64,000 nt of DNA from an uncultured Ruminococcus sp. (GCA_902795355.1 CADBKZ010000002.1:62236-126235); one strand, 5' to 3'. Positions 36,478 to 48,216 are shown, counted from the first letter of the stretch. Notes: a model not told the origin generated them from the sequence alone. Numbers and translations are program-made.

Positions 36478-36770
36478 CATCATAACAAAGGCGACGAAGG
36501 AAAGGGCTCCGTGCGGAGCGGTTCCCGCAGAGAATTGGCGGTTGGTGCAAGCCATGGAACGCGCGCGGCGTTTGTAGTTCCCGAGCCGGAAAGAAGAAAG
36601 CGGTTCTCCCGCAAGTAGAACTTTCCCGTGATTGCTGCGTCAAGGCATACGGATTCTTCGGGATCCGGACGAGTGGCGGCCCATGCGACCGCAATTTGAG
36701 TGGTACCGCGAGTGTGATTTTGCGCACCCGTCTCAAAGTCAGAACGCTTTGGGACGGGTGCGCTTTTCGT
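36478..36770 (+). promoter_or_regulatory. T-box riboswitch leader 2 (hand-folded specifier GUA = Val, tentative)
   Basis: GA/K-turn ggcgacgaagg; AGAGA (36529-36533); ggttggtgcaa distal loop; T-box motif aatttgagtggtaccgcg (36693-36710); terminator gcgcacccgtc / gacgggtgcgc plus tttt (36722-36770). Confidence 0.85.
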
Positions 36771-36789
36771 CCCCGAAAGGATGTGCTTT

Positions 36790-39069
36790 ATGACAGAACT
36801 TGATCAAAAGATCCGCGAGATGGCGCAACGGATCCGCGAGCTGCGCGAAATCGAGGGATTTTCTCCCGAACAGATGGCCGCGGGGACCGACACTTCGGTG
36901 GAAGAATACCTTGATTGCGAGAACGGCCGCAGCGACCTGAACTTTGCTTTCATCTACCGTTGCGCAAACCTTCTCGGCGTAAATGTGACCGACATCATCG
37001 AGGGTTACAGCCCCAAACTCCGCTCCTATACCGTTACCCGCAGCGGCGACGGGCAGGAAGTTGCCAAGGCGCACGGCATGACCTATTTCAACCTTGCCTA
37101 CGATTTCCAGAACCGCATTGCCGAGCCGCTGTACGTCACCATCGACTACAACGCCGAGGCCGAACGCCGCGAGATTGAACTCACCACCCACGACGGGCAG
37201 GAATGCGACATTGTGGTGCGCGGGCATCTGACCGTTCAGGTGGGAAACCACCGCGAAACGCTCGGCCCCGGGGACAGCATCTATTTTGACAGTAAGACCC
37301 CCCACGGTATGATTGCGACGGGCGGCGAAAACTGCGTGTTCTACGCCATTGTCCTCAACCCGTCCGGCGAGCCGATCCCCGAGCTGGAATCCCCCGCTCC
37401 CGTAACCGAGCCGACGCCCGCGCGTCGCGACGACCGCGACCGCATCTGGCGCAATTTCATTGACGTGGAAGAGGATGAAAACGGCGCGCCGCTCTCCATC
37501 CGCTTCAAGAACGCCGACCGCTTCAACTTCGCGTTCGATTTGGTGGACGCGCTTGCCAAGCGCGAGCCGGAAAAGCTCGCCATGCTCCATGTTGCCAAAG
37601 ATAAAACCGAACGACGCTTCACCTTTACCGATATGAAGCGCGCCTCGGCGCAATGCGCCAACTACTTCAAAGCCATCGGCGTCAAAAAGGGCGACCGCGT
37701 GCTGCTCGTTCTCAAACGGCATTACCAATTCTGGTTCGCCATGCTGGGGCTGAACAAGCTCGGCGCCATCGGCATTCTCGCCACCAACCAGCTGCAAGCG
37801 CACGATTTCGAATACCGCTTCAACGCGGCGGAAATTTCAGCCGTTCTCTGCACCGCGGACGGCGACACCGCGCATCAGGTGGACCTTGTTGCCGGCGTTT
37901 GCCCCTCGCTCAAAGAGAAGATCCTTGTTGGCGGTTCGCGCGAGGGCTGGCGGAATTTCGATGAGGAATACCCGCTTTACAGCGCGCATTTCCACCGTAC
38001 CGAGGAAAGCCCCTGCGGCAACGACCCCATGATCGCCTTCTTTACTTCCGGCACCTCGGGCTACCCCAAACTCGCGCTTCATAATTGCAAGTACGCCCTC
38101 GGCCATTTCCACACCGCCAAATATTGGCATACCGTGGATCCCGACGGCCTGCATTTTACCATTTCGGATACGGGCTGGGCAAAATCCATGTGGGGCAAGC
38201 TCTACGGGCAATGGCTCTGCGAAGCCCCGATCTTCGTTTACGATTTCGACCGCTTCGACGCGGCCGACATCCTGCCCATGTTCGCCAAGTACCATATTAC
38301 GTCGTTCTGCGCGCCGCCCACCATGCTCCGCATGATGATCAAGCAGGATATTTCCAAGTACGATTTTTCTTCCGTGGAGCATATGACCACGGCGGGCGAG
38401 GCGCTCAACCCCGAGGTCTACCGCCAATTCGAGCGGCTCACGGGTTTGCAGATCCACGAGGGCTTCGGCCAATCCGAAAGCACCATGATCATCGGCAACA
38501 TGGTCGGCTCGCCGCATAAAGTGGGCTCCATGGGCAAACCCGCGCCGATCTACGACGTGGAATTGGTGGACGCGAACGGCAAACCCGTGAAAAACAGCGA
38601 AAACGGAGAGATCGTGATCAACCTTAAAAACGGACTTCCCTGCGGGCTTGCCACCGAATACTACCGCGATCCCGAAAAAACCGCCGAAACTTGGCGGAAC
38701 GGCTATTACCATACGGGCGACGTGGCTTGGCGCGACGAGGACGGGTATTATTGGTATGTCGGCCGCGTGGACGACGTAATCAAGTCCTCGGGCTACCGCA
38801 TCGGTCCGTTCGAGATTGAAAGCGTGATCATGGAGCTTCCCTATGTGCTGGAATGCGGCGTTTCCGCCGCGCCCGACGAAGTGCGCGGGCAGGTGGTCAA
38901 GGCTTCCATCGTGTTAACAAAGGGTACCGAACCCACCGAGGAACTGAAAAAGGAAATCCAGAATTACGTCAAAGCGCACACCGCTCCGTATAAGTACCCC
39001 CGCATTGTGGTGTTCCGCGAAAGCCTGCCGAAAACCGTGAGCGGCAAAATCCAGAGGAATCTGCTATGA
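36790..39069 (+). CDS. Fusion protein: XRE-type HTH plus cupin domain plus AMP-forming medium-chain acyl-CoA synthetase (paralog 2)
   Basis: Start MTELDQKIREMAQRIRELREIEGFS after GAAAGGA RBS, 759 aa. Same three-domain layout as paralog 1. The C-terminal roughly 100 aa are nearly identical to paralog 1. Confidence 0.88.
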   Translation: MTELDQKIREMAQRIRELREIEGFSPEQMAAGTDTSVEEYLDCENGRSDLNFAFIYRCANLLGVNVTDIIEGYSPKLRSYTVTRSGDGQEVAKAHGMTYFNLAYDFQNRIAEPLYVTIDYNAEAERREIELTTHDGQECDIVVRGHLTVQVGNHRETLGPGDSIYFDSKTPHGMIATGGENCVFYAIVLNPSGEPIPELESPAPVTEPTPARRDDRDRIWRNFIDVEEDENGAPLSIRFKNADRFNFAFDLVDALAKREPEKLAMLHVAKDKTERRFTFTDMKRASAQCANYFKAIGVKKGDRVLLVLKRHYQFWFAMLGLNKLGAIGILATNQLQAHDFEYRFNAAEISAVLCTADGDTAHQVDLVAGVCPSLKEKILVGGSREGWRNFDEEYPLYSAHFHRTEESPCGNDPMIAFFTSGTSGYPKLALHNCKYALGHFHTAKYWHTVDPDGLHFTISDTGWAKSMWGKLYGQWLCEAPIFVYDFDRFDAADILPMFAKYHITSFCAPPTMLRMMIKQDISKYDFSSVEHMTTAGEALNPEVYRQFERLTGLQIHEGFGQSESTMIIGNMVGSPHKVGSMGKPAPIYDVELVDANGKPVKNSENGEIVINLKNGLPCGLATEYYRDPEKTAETWRNGYYHTGDVAWRDEDGYYWYVGRVDDVIKSSGYRIGPFEIESVIMELPYVLECGVSAAPDEVRGQVVKASIVLTKGTEPTEELKKEIQNYVKAHTAPYKYPRIVVFRESLPKTVSGKIQRNLL

Positions 39070-39749
39070 AATTCCGCCGCGTAACCCTGCTTTCGGGGCA
39101 TTACGGGAGCGGGAAAACCAACATTGCGGTCAACCTCGCGCTCCGCATGCGGGAGCAATACCCCCGCGTTGCCGTGGCCGATCTTGACATTGTGAACCCC
39201 TATTTCCGCACCAAGGACAGCGACGCCGATTTTGCCCACGCGGGCATCCGGCTGATCTCCTCGGCGTTCGCCAATTCCAACCTCGACCTGCCCGCCATGC
39301 CGCAGGACCTTTACGCCGTTACCGACGACCGCTCGCTCCGCGTGATCGTGGACGTCGGCGGCGACGACCGCGGCGCGCTCGCGCTCGGCCGGCTTGCCCC
39401 CGCCCTGCTGGAAGAGAACGACTTTGAAATGCTGTTGGTAATTAACCGCTTCCGCCCGCTCACGCGCGACGCGGCTTCCACGCTCGAGGTCAAAGCCGAA
39501 ATCGAGGCGGCCTGCGGCATCCCGTTCACGGGCATCGTCAACAACTCCAACCTCGGCGCGGAAACCACCGCCGAAACCGTGCTTTTCTCGGCGGCCTATG
39601 CGGAAGAGGTCGCCCGCCTTTCGGGGCTGCCCGTTGTGTACACCTCGGCGGTAACGTCGGTTTGCGAACAACTCGCGGGCAAAATTCCGAACCTGCTTCC
39701 CCTGCGCCTGCAAAAGAAAATTACCGATAAACGGGAGGATCCGACATGA
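39066..39749 (+). CDS. P-loop NTPase of unknown function (MinD/CooC/SIMIBI-like appearance)
   Basis: 227 aa. MKFRRVTLLSGHYGSGKTNIAVNLA (Walker A), VADLDIVNPYF, VDVGGDDRG. ATGA overlap with the upstream stop. Confidence 0.65.
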   Translation: MKFRRVTLLSGHYGSGKTNIAVNLALRMREQYPRVAVADLDIVNPYFRTKDSDADFAHAGIRLISSAFANSNLDLPAMPQDLYAVTDDRSLRVIVDVGGDDRGALALGRLAPALLEENDFEMLLVINRFRPLTRDAASTLEVKAEIEAACGIPFTGIVNNSNLGAETTAETVLFSAAYAEEVARLSGLPVVYTSAVTSVCEQLAGKIPNLLPLRLQKKITDKREDPT

Positions 39750-41035
39750 AAAAACCGACGGTGGAAACCATTTGCGTTCAGGGCGGCTACCGCCCAAAGA
39801 ACGGCGAACCCCGCCAAGTCCCCATCGTTCAAAGCACCACTTTCAAATACGATACGGGCGAGGACATGGGCAAGCTGTTCGATCTGGAAGCCAGCGGCTA
39901 TTTCTACACCCGCCTGCAAAACCCCACCAACGACGCGGTTGCGGCCAAAATTGCCGAAATGGAAGGCGGAACCGCTGCCATGCTCACCTCGTCGGGTCAG
40001 GCGGCAAACTTCTATGCGGTGTTCAACATCGCGTCCTGCGGCGACCACGTAATCTCCTGCTCGTCCATCTACGGCGGGACCTTCAACCTGTTCTCCGTTA
40101 CCATGAAGAAAATGGGGATCGACTTCACCTTTCTCTCCCCCGACGCCTCGGAAGAGGAGCTGGACGCCGCGTTCCGCCCCAACACCAAGGCGGTGTTCGG
40201 CGAGACCATCGCCAACCCCGCGCTCCGCGTGCTGGACATTGAAAAGTTCGCGCGCGCCGCGCATCGCCACGGCGTGCCGCTGATCGTGGACAACACGTTC
40301 GCCACCCCCGTCAACTGCCGCCCGTTCGAGTGGGGCGCCGACATCGTGACCCACTCCACCACCAAGTATATGGACGGCCACGGCAGCGGCGTCGGCGGCT
40401 GCATTGTGGATAGCGGAAAATTCGATTGGAGCCGCTACCCCGACCGTTTCGCGGGGCTTTGCACGCCCGACGAAAGTTACCACGGCGTTACTTATGTGGA
40501 GCGTTTCGGCATTGGCGGCGCGTTCATTACCAAAGCCACCGCGCAACTGATGCGCGATTTCGGCTCCATTCAATCCCCGCAGAACGCGTTTCTGCTCAAC
40601 ATGGGGCTGGAAAGCCTGCATGTGCGCATGAAACGCCATTGCGAGAACGGGCAGGCGGTTGCGGAATTTCTTGCGAACGACCCGCGCGTTTCGTGGGTTT
40701 CCTACTGCGGTCTCCCGACCGACCGCGACTATACCTTGGCGCAGAAATACCTGCCCAACGGCTCCTGCGGCGTGGTCAGCTTCGGGGTTAAAGGCGGCCG
40801 CGCCGCGGCGGAAGCGTTCATGCGCAATCTCAAAATCGCCGCCATCGAGACTCACGTTGCCGACGCGCGCACCTGTTGCCTGCACCCCGCAAGCACCACC
40901 CACCGCCAGATGAACGACGAGGAATTGCTCGCCGCAGGCGTTTCCCCCGACCTCGTCCGCTTCTCCTGCGGGCTTGAAAGCGCGGAGGACCTGATTGCCG
41001 ACATTGACCAAGCGTTGGCGGCCGTAAATGTCTGA
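39746..41035 (+). CDS. metY: O-acetylhomoserine sulfhydrylase / aminocarboxypropyltransferase (PLP, Cys/Met metabolism family)
   Basis: 429 aa. IVQSTTFKYD, GYFYTRLQNPTND, HSTTKYMDGHG (PLP-lysine block). 4-bp overlap with the upstream gene. Confidence 0.85.
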   Translation: MKKPTVETICVQGGYRPKNGEPRQVPIVQSTTFKYDTGEDMGKLFDLEASGYFYTRLQNPTNDAVAAKIAEMEGGTAAMLTSSGQAANFYAVFNIASCGDHVISCSSIYGGTFNLFSVTMKKMGIDFTFLSPDASEEELDAAFRPNTKAVFGETIANPALRVLDIEKFARAAHRHGVPLIVDNTFATPVNCRPFEWGADIVTHSTTKYMDGHGSGVGGCIVDSGKFDWSRYPDRFAGLCTPDESYHGVTYVERFGIGGAFITKATAQLMRDFGSIQSPQNAFLLNMGLESLHVRMKRHCENGQAVAEFLANDPRVSWVSYCGLPTDRDYTLAQKYLPNGSCGVVSFGVKGGRAAAEAFMRNLKIAAIETHVADARTCCLHPASTTHRQMNDEELLAAGVSPDLVRFSCGLESAEDLIADIDQALAAVNV

Positions 41036-41071
41036 AAAACGGAAACGTTGTCATAAGAAAGGATAAATACC

Positions 41072-41278
41072 ATGTCGAAACTGACCTTCAACACCGACAA
41101 CTGCAAGGGTTGCGGACTCTGCGTGGATGCCTGTCCCAAGCATATCCTGCGCCTCGCGACCGACAAGATCAACAAAAAGGGACATCACCCCGCCGAGATC
41201 ATCGATCAAGCGGCTTGCATCGCCTGCGCGTGCTGCGCGCTGATGTGCCCTGACGTGATCATTACGGTGGAGAAATAA
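41072..41278 (+). CDS. 4Fe-4S ferredoxin-type delta subunit of 2-oxoacid:ferredoxin oxidoreductase
   Basis: 68 aa with two CxxCxxCxxxCP motifs (CKGCGLCVDACP, CIACACCALMCP). Confidence 0.85.
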   Translation: MSKLTFNTDNCKGCGLCVDACPKHILRLATDKINKKGHHPAEIIDQAACIACACCALMCPDVIITVEK

Positions 41279-41290
41279 GGAGGGGAGCAA

Positions 41291-42355
<1,065 letters not shown>

Positions 42356-42356
42356 C

Positions 42357-43112
42357 ATGGTCGTATTTCAAAAACCGCACGCCCTGACCGACGCGCCGTT
42401 CCATTATTGCCCCGGGTGTACCCACGGCATTATCCACCGTCTGGTCGCCGAGGTGATCGACGAACTCGGCATCGAGGGCAAAACCATCGGCATCGCCCCC
42501 GTGGGCTGCTCGGTGATGGCCTATAACTACTTCAACTGCGATATGATCGAAGCCGCGCACGGCCGCGCGCCCGCCGTTGCCACCGGCGTTAAGCGCGCCA
42601 ACCCCGAAAACATTGTGTTTACCTATCAGGGCGACGGCGACCTCGCTTCCATCGGCATGGCCGAAACCGTCCACTCGGCGGCGAGAAACGAAAACATCAC
42701 CGTTATCTTCATCAACAACGCGATCTACGGCATGACGGGCGGGCAAATGGCCCCCACCTCGCTCCCGGGTCAGGTAACGCAAACCTCTCCCTACGGCCGC
42801 GATGTGAAAGCCTGCGGCTACCCCATCCGCGTTTGCGAGATGCTCTCGGAGCTGGAAGGCCCCGAATACCTCGAACGCGTGACCGTGAACAGCGTTCCCA
42901 ACATCCGCAAAGCGAAAAAAGCCATCCGGAAGGCGTTTCAGAACCAGATTGAGGGCAAGGGCTTCTCGCTGATCGAGGTGATCTCTTCCTGCCCCACCAA
43001 CTGGGGCATGACGCCGCAAGCGGCGCTCAAATGGATTGACGACAAGATGATCCCCTACTACCCGCTCGGCGTTTACAAGGACCGTTCCGCACAGAAGGAG
43101 GAAGCGAAATGA
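42357..43112 (+). CDS. 2-oxoacid:ferredoxin oxidoreductase beta subunit (TPP-binding)
   Basis: 251 aa. CPGCTHGI, GDGD...NNAIYGMTGGQ thiamine-diphosphate motif. Confidence 0.85.
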   Translation: MVVFQKPHALTDAPFHYCPGCTHGIIHRLVAEVIDELGIEGKTIGIAPVGCSVMAYNYFNCDMIEAAHGRAPAVATGVKRANPENIVFTYQGDGDLASIGMAETVHSAARNENITVIFINNAIYGMTGGQMAPTSLPGQVTQTSPYGRDVKACGYPIRVCEMLSELEGPEYLERVTVNSVPNIRKAKKAIRKAFQNQIEGKGFSLIEVISSCPTNWGMTPQAALKWIDDKMIPYYPLGVYKDRSAQKEEAK

Positions 43113-43642
43113 AAACCACACAGTTCCTTTTCTCCGGTTTCGGCGGTCAGGGCATCCTGTTCGCGGGCAAGTTCCTCGCCTACAAAGGGCTGATCGAGGG
43201 CAAGCAGGTCAGCTGGCTCCCGTCCTACGGTCCCGAAATGCGCGGCGGAACGGCGAGTTGCAGCGTAATCGTCAGCGACGGCGCGGTGGGTTCGCCCATT
43301 GTTTCCAAGCCCGATGTGCTGGTTGCCATGAACCTTCCCTCGCTCGACCGGTTTGAATCCTCGGTCGTCCCCGGCGGCATGATCTTTGCCGACAGCACGC
43401 TGATTGAGCGCAGGACGGCGCGCGACGACGTAAAAGCGTTTTACGTTCCCGCAACCAAGCTCGCGAGCGACAACGGCTACCCCACCCTTGCCAACATGAT
43501 TCTGCTCGGCAAAATTCTCGCCGAGCTCGGCGAGTTCAGCGGCGAGGGCGTGGAAGCGGCCCTTGCAAAGGTGATTTCCGCCAAGCACGCCGACATGAAA
43601 GAAGTCAATCTGAACGCCCTGCGTCTCGGCGCGGCGCAATGA
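43109..43642 (+). CDS. 2-oxoacid:ferredoxin oxidoreductase gamma subunit
   Basis: 177 aa. FSGFGGQGILFAGKFLA, SYGPEMRGGTA. ATGA overlap with the beta subunit gene. Confidence 0.85.
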   Translation: MKTTQFLFSGFGGQGILFAGKFLAYKGLIEGKQVSWLPSYGPEMRGGTASCSVIVSDGAVGSPIVSKPDVLVAMNLPSLDRFESSVVPGGMIFADSTLIERRTARDDVKAFYVPATKLASDNGYPTLANMILLGKILAELGEFSGEGVEAALAKVISAKHADMKEVNLNALRLGAAQ

Positions 43643-43659
43643 ACAAGGAGAACATTACC

Positions 43660-46142
<2,483 letters not shown>

Positions 46143-46161
46143 GTTTTTTGGGTGAAAGACC

Positions 46162-46207
46162 TTGAGAGGACCCCCTTTTTCTCGCGAGAAAAAGGGGGTC
46201 CTCTCAA
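46162..46207. repeat. REP-like terminator hairpin, copy B (downstream of gdhA)
   Basis: ttgagaggaccccctttttctcgcgagaaaaagggggtcctctcaa, flanked by gacc / actctc. It is the reverse orientation of copy A relative to the plus strand, and the same orientation relative to the gene it follows. Confidence 0.85.
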
Positions 46208-46274
46208 ACTCTCCCCCGCAAAAAGAGCAAAATCAGGAATCTCTTTGCGTTCGCTCTTTTCAAATAGAGCAAAC

Positions 46275-46312
46275 AAAAACACGGGTCAACATTTTTTGAT
46301 ACCCGTGTTTTT
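46275..46312. terminator. Terminator hairpin at the 3' end of the AT-rich islet operon
   Basis: aaaaacacgggt / acccgtgttttt stem with flanking A/T runs. Confidence 0.75.
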
Positions 46313-46317
46313 CTTTT

Positions 46318-46560
46318 TCATTTTGGGTTCCAACGGTTTGACGACGGCGTGTCTTTTGTTTGCTCTTTCTTTTTATCAAGGTTTCCCCCGATTTTGTCGC
46401 CTGTCAACCCGCCAATAATGGCTCCGACAATCGCGCACGGAACAGTCCCTGCAATTGCTCCGAGCGGACCCGCCGCAATTCCGATTCCCGCTCCGAGCTT
46501 TGCTCCTGCAACCAATCCGGCAATCGCACCGCCTGCCGCGCCTTTTTCCGAGTTTTTCAT
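46318..46560 (-). CDS. Glycine-zipper small membrane protein
   Basis: 80 aa. GAAGGAIAGLVAGAKLGAGIGIAAGPLGAIAGTVPCAIVGAIIGGLTG (GxxxG repeats), Lys-rich tail. Confidence 0.7.
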   Translation of the reverse strand: MKNSEKGAAGGAIAGLVAGAKLGAGIGIAAGPLGAIAGTVPCAIVGAIIGGLTGDKIGGNLDKKKEQTKDTPSSNRWNPK

Positions 46561-46594
46561 CTTTTTCCTCTCTCTTCTATAATTTAATTATAAT

Positions 46595-47296
46595 CTATCT
46601 GTTATAGACGGGGGGAAGCTCCCAACCACCCCAATTACTATGGCCACGGCAATATGTATTTGTTTTGTTGATCAAATCCCATGCCCAAATATGTCCCTTT
46701 TGTTCCAATCGGTCTTGATCCATATACATATATGCTAATCCCACATACACATAATCTGTGTTTGTTTTAATTTCTTTCCCTGTCTTCTTTATTTTATATC
46801 TTGCGTGAGCAATCTCAGATCCATGTTCTGTGTTTCGCACGGAAACATCTGCTGTCGTATCTTTATCTCCGAGTTTTCCCCAATTTAAAAAAACAATCCA
46901 TACTTCTATGTAGAGCAGATCTTTCTCATGCGTTTGCTGATCGACAAATTGATCGTTGAATTGAGAATATAACGCAAAAGAAATATTGTTATATCCAAAA
47001 CCATGCCCATGATTGTCGAAAAAAAATATATCATAAGAACCGGTATAGGGATTGATGATAGTGCTTTTCTCTTTCCCTCGTAAATAATCTTTAATTGCCC
47101 TGCTGTCGCTCCGCCATGCACAATAGCAATGATTTATCAATAACGAAAATACCAATATCAGCAAAATTGCGACAATGATTTTTCTTTTTTTATTAGGCTT
47201 AAAGTGCTTCTTGGATGGCGCAATTCCTTCTTCTATTTGTGTTTCTTCCATTGCTGATATCCCAACATCTAATATTTTCTTGTTTTCTTTACGCAC
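46595..47296 (-). CDS. Hypothetical single-pass membrane protein with aromatic-rich extracytoplasmic domain
   Basis: 233 aa from a GTG start overlapping the upstream stop (an alternative ATG 15 codons in is possible). TM IIVAILLILVFSLLINHCYCAW. No family recognised. Confidence 0.55.
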   Translation of the reverse strand: MRKENKKILDVGISAMEETQIEEGIAPSKKHFKPNKKRKIIVAILLILVFSLLINHCYCAWRSDSRAIKDYLRGKEKSTIINPYTGSYDIFFFDNHGHGFGYNNISFALYSQFNDQFVDQQTHEKDLLYIEVWIVFLNWGKLGDKDTTADVSVRNTEHGSEIAHARYKIKKTGKEIKTNTDYVYVGLAYMYMDQDRLEQKGHIWAWDLINKTNTYCRGHSNWGGWELPPVYNR

Positions 47297-47699
47297 CTAA
47301 ATATTCTTGAATTACCTTGATAATTTTTTGCGGCAACTGTTTTTGCTGATACATTCCGATTGCAGAGGTAATCGTCAGCGGCCATGCAAAAATAAACATC
47401 CCGACAGTCATCGCAACGCCCTTATCTCCCCATTTTGCTTCCCCGATTTCCACGTTGACCGAAGATTGATCCTTTAACACGTTGAAACGAACTGTAATAG
47501 CTTTATCCAAGCCGAAAAGCTGCTTAAATCCTCCGCCGCGAACGCGCCCTTGGAGCGTACAAACACTCCCGTTCGGATCGGGCATAAAAACCTGCGTTTC
47601 CATGTTTTCCCCCTCGGAAAGATAGCTTTCCACATACTGCACCAACTCACCTGCGCTTCTGTACGGCGGCAGATAAAAAGAATAGGATTGTAAAGCCAT
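47289..47699 (-). CDS. Hypothetical protein with C-terminal TM helix
   Basis: 136 aa, GGAGAA RBS. C-terminal helix VAMTVGMFIFAWPLTITSAIGMY. No family recognised. Confidence 0.6.
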   Translation of the reverse strand: MALQSYSFYLPPYRSAGELVQYVESYLSEGENMETQVFMPDPNGSVCTLQGRVRGGGFKQLFGLDKAITVRFNVLKDQSSVNVEIGEAKWGDKGVAMTVGMFIFAWPLTITSAIGMYQQKQLPQKIIKVIQEYLGA

Positions 47700-47744
47700 A
47701 TGAAATTCTCCTTTTAATATTTGATTTAATCTTCTGTATTTTTT

Positions 47745-47773
47745 ATTATATCAGATTAAAAGCGATTTGTCAA
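47745..47773 (-). promoter_or_regulatory. Consensus promoter TTGACA-17-TATAAT (minus strand) for the three-gene islet operon
   Basis: Plus strand shows attata (47745-47750) and tgtcaa (47768-47773). Confidence 0.7.
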
Positions 47774-47836
47774 TAGAAATATCGTATTTTTTGCAACATT
47801 TTTTGGGTGTATATCGTGTACAATATATGATAGGGG

Positions 47837-48154
47837 GTGATCCGGTTGTTAGAAGAAGATTTTTCCTTGCGGCTTGCAAAATTAAGGATGCAAAAAGGCG
47901 TTTCGGCACGGGATATGAGTTTGTCTTTGGGACAAAACGCAGGCTATATCAACAGCATTGAAAACGGCAAAGCGTTGCCGTCCATGAGCCTGTTCTTTTA
48001 TATCTGCGACTATTTGGAAATTACTCCCGCCGCATTTTTTGAAACGGAAGATCCTGCCCCTGTTAAAATGAAACCGTTGGTTGAAAAGTTGCGGCAATTG
48101 CCTGCCGATCGATTGGATCATATTGAAACGCTTGTGGACGATCTGTTGACATAA
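47837..48154 (+). CDS. XRE-family helix-turn-helix transcriptional regulator
   Basis: LRLAKLRMQKGVSARDMSLSLGQNAGYINSIENGKALPS is a canonical HTH_3 signature. Non-ATG start, exact start uncertain. Divergent from the islet operon. Confidence 0.8.
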   Translation: MIRLLEEDFSLRLAKLRMQKGVSARDMSLSLGQNAGYINSIENGKALPSMSLFFYICDYLEITPAAFFETEDPAPVKMKPLVEKLRQLPADRLDHIETLVDDLLT

Positions 48155-48168
48155 CTCCATTAAAAATT

Positions 48169-48216
48169 GCGAGGGGGAGAGACTTTTTCCGGCATGAAAA
48201 AGTCTCTCCCCCTCGC
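48169..48216. repeat. GC-rich hairpin GCGAGGGGGAGAGACTTTTT...AAAAAGTCTCTCCCCCTCGC
   Basis: 20-bp arms, directly after the XRE stop codon. Confidence 0.85.

Noticed and set aside
39596-41011. 471-aa minus-strand ORF
   Set aside because: It is antisense shadow of metY, whose PLP-enzyme motifs are on the plus strand.
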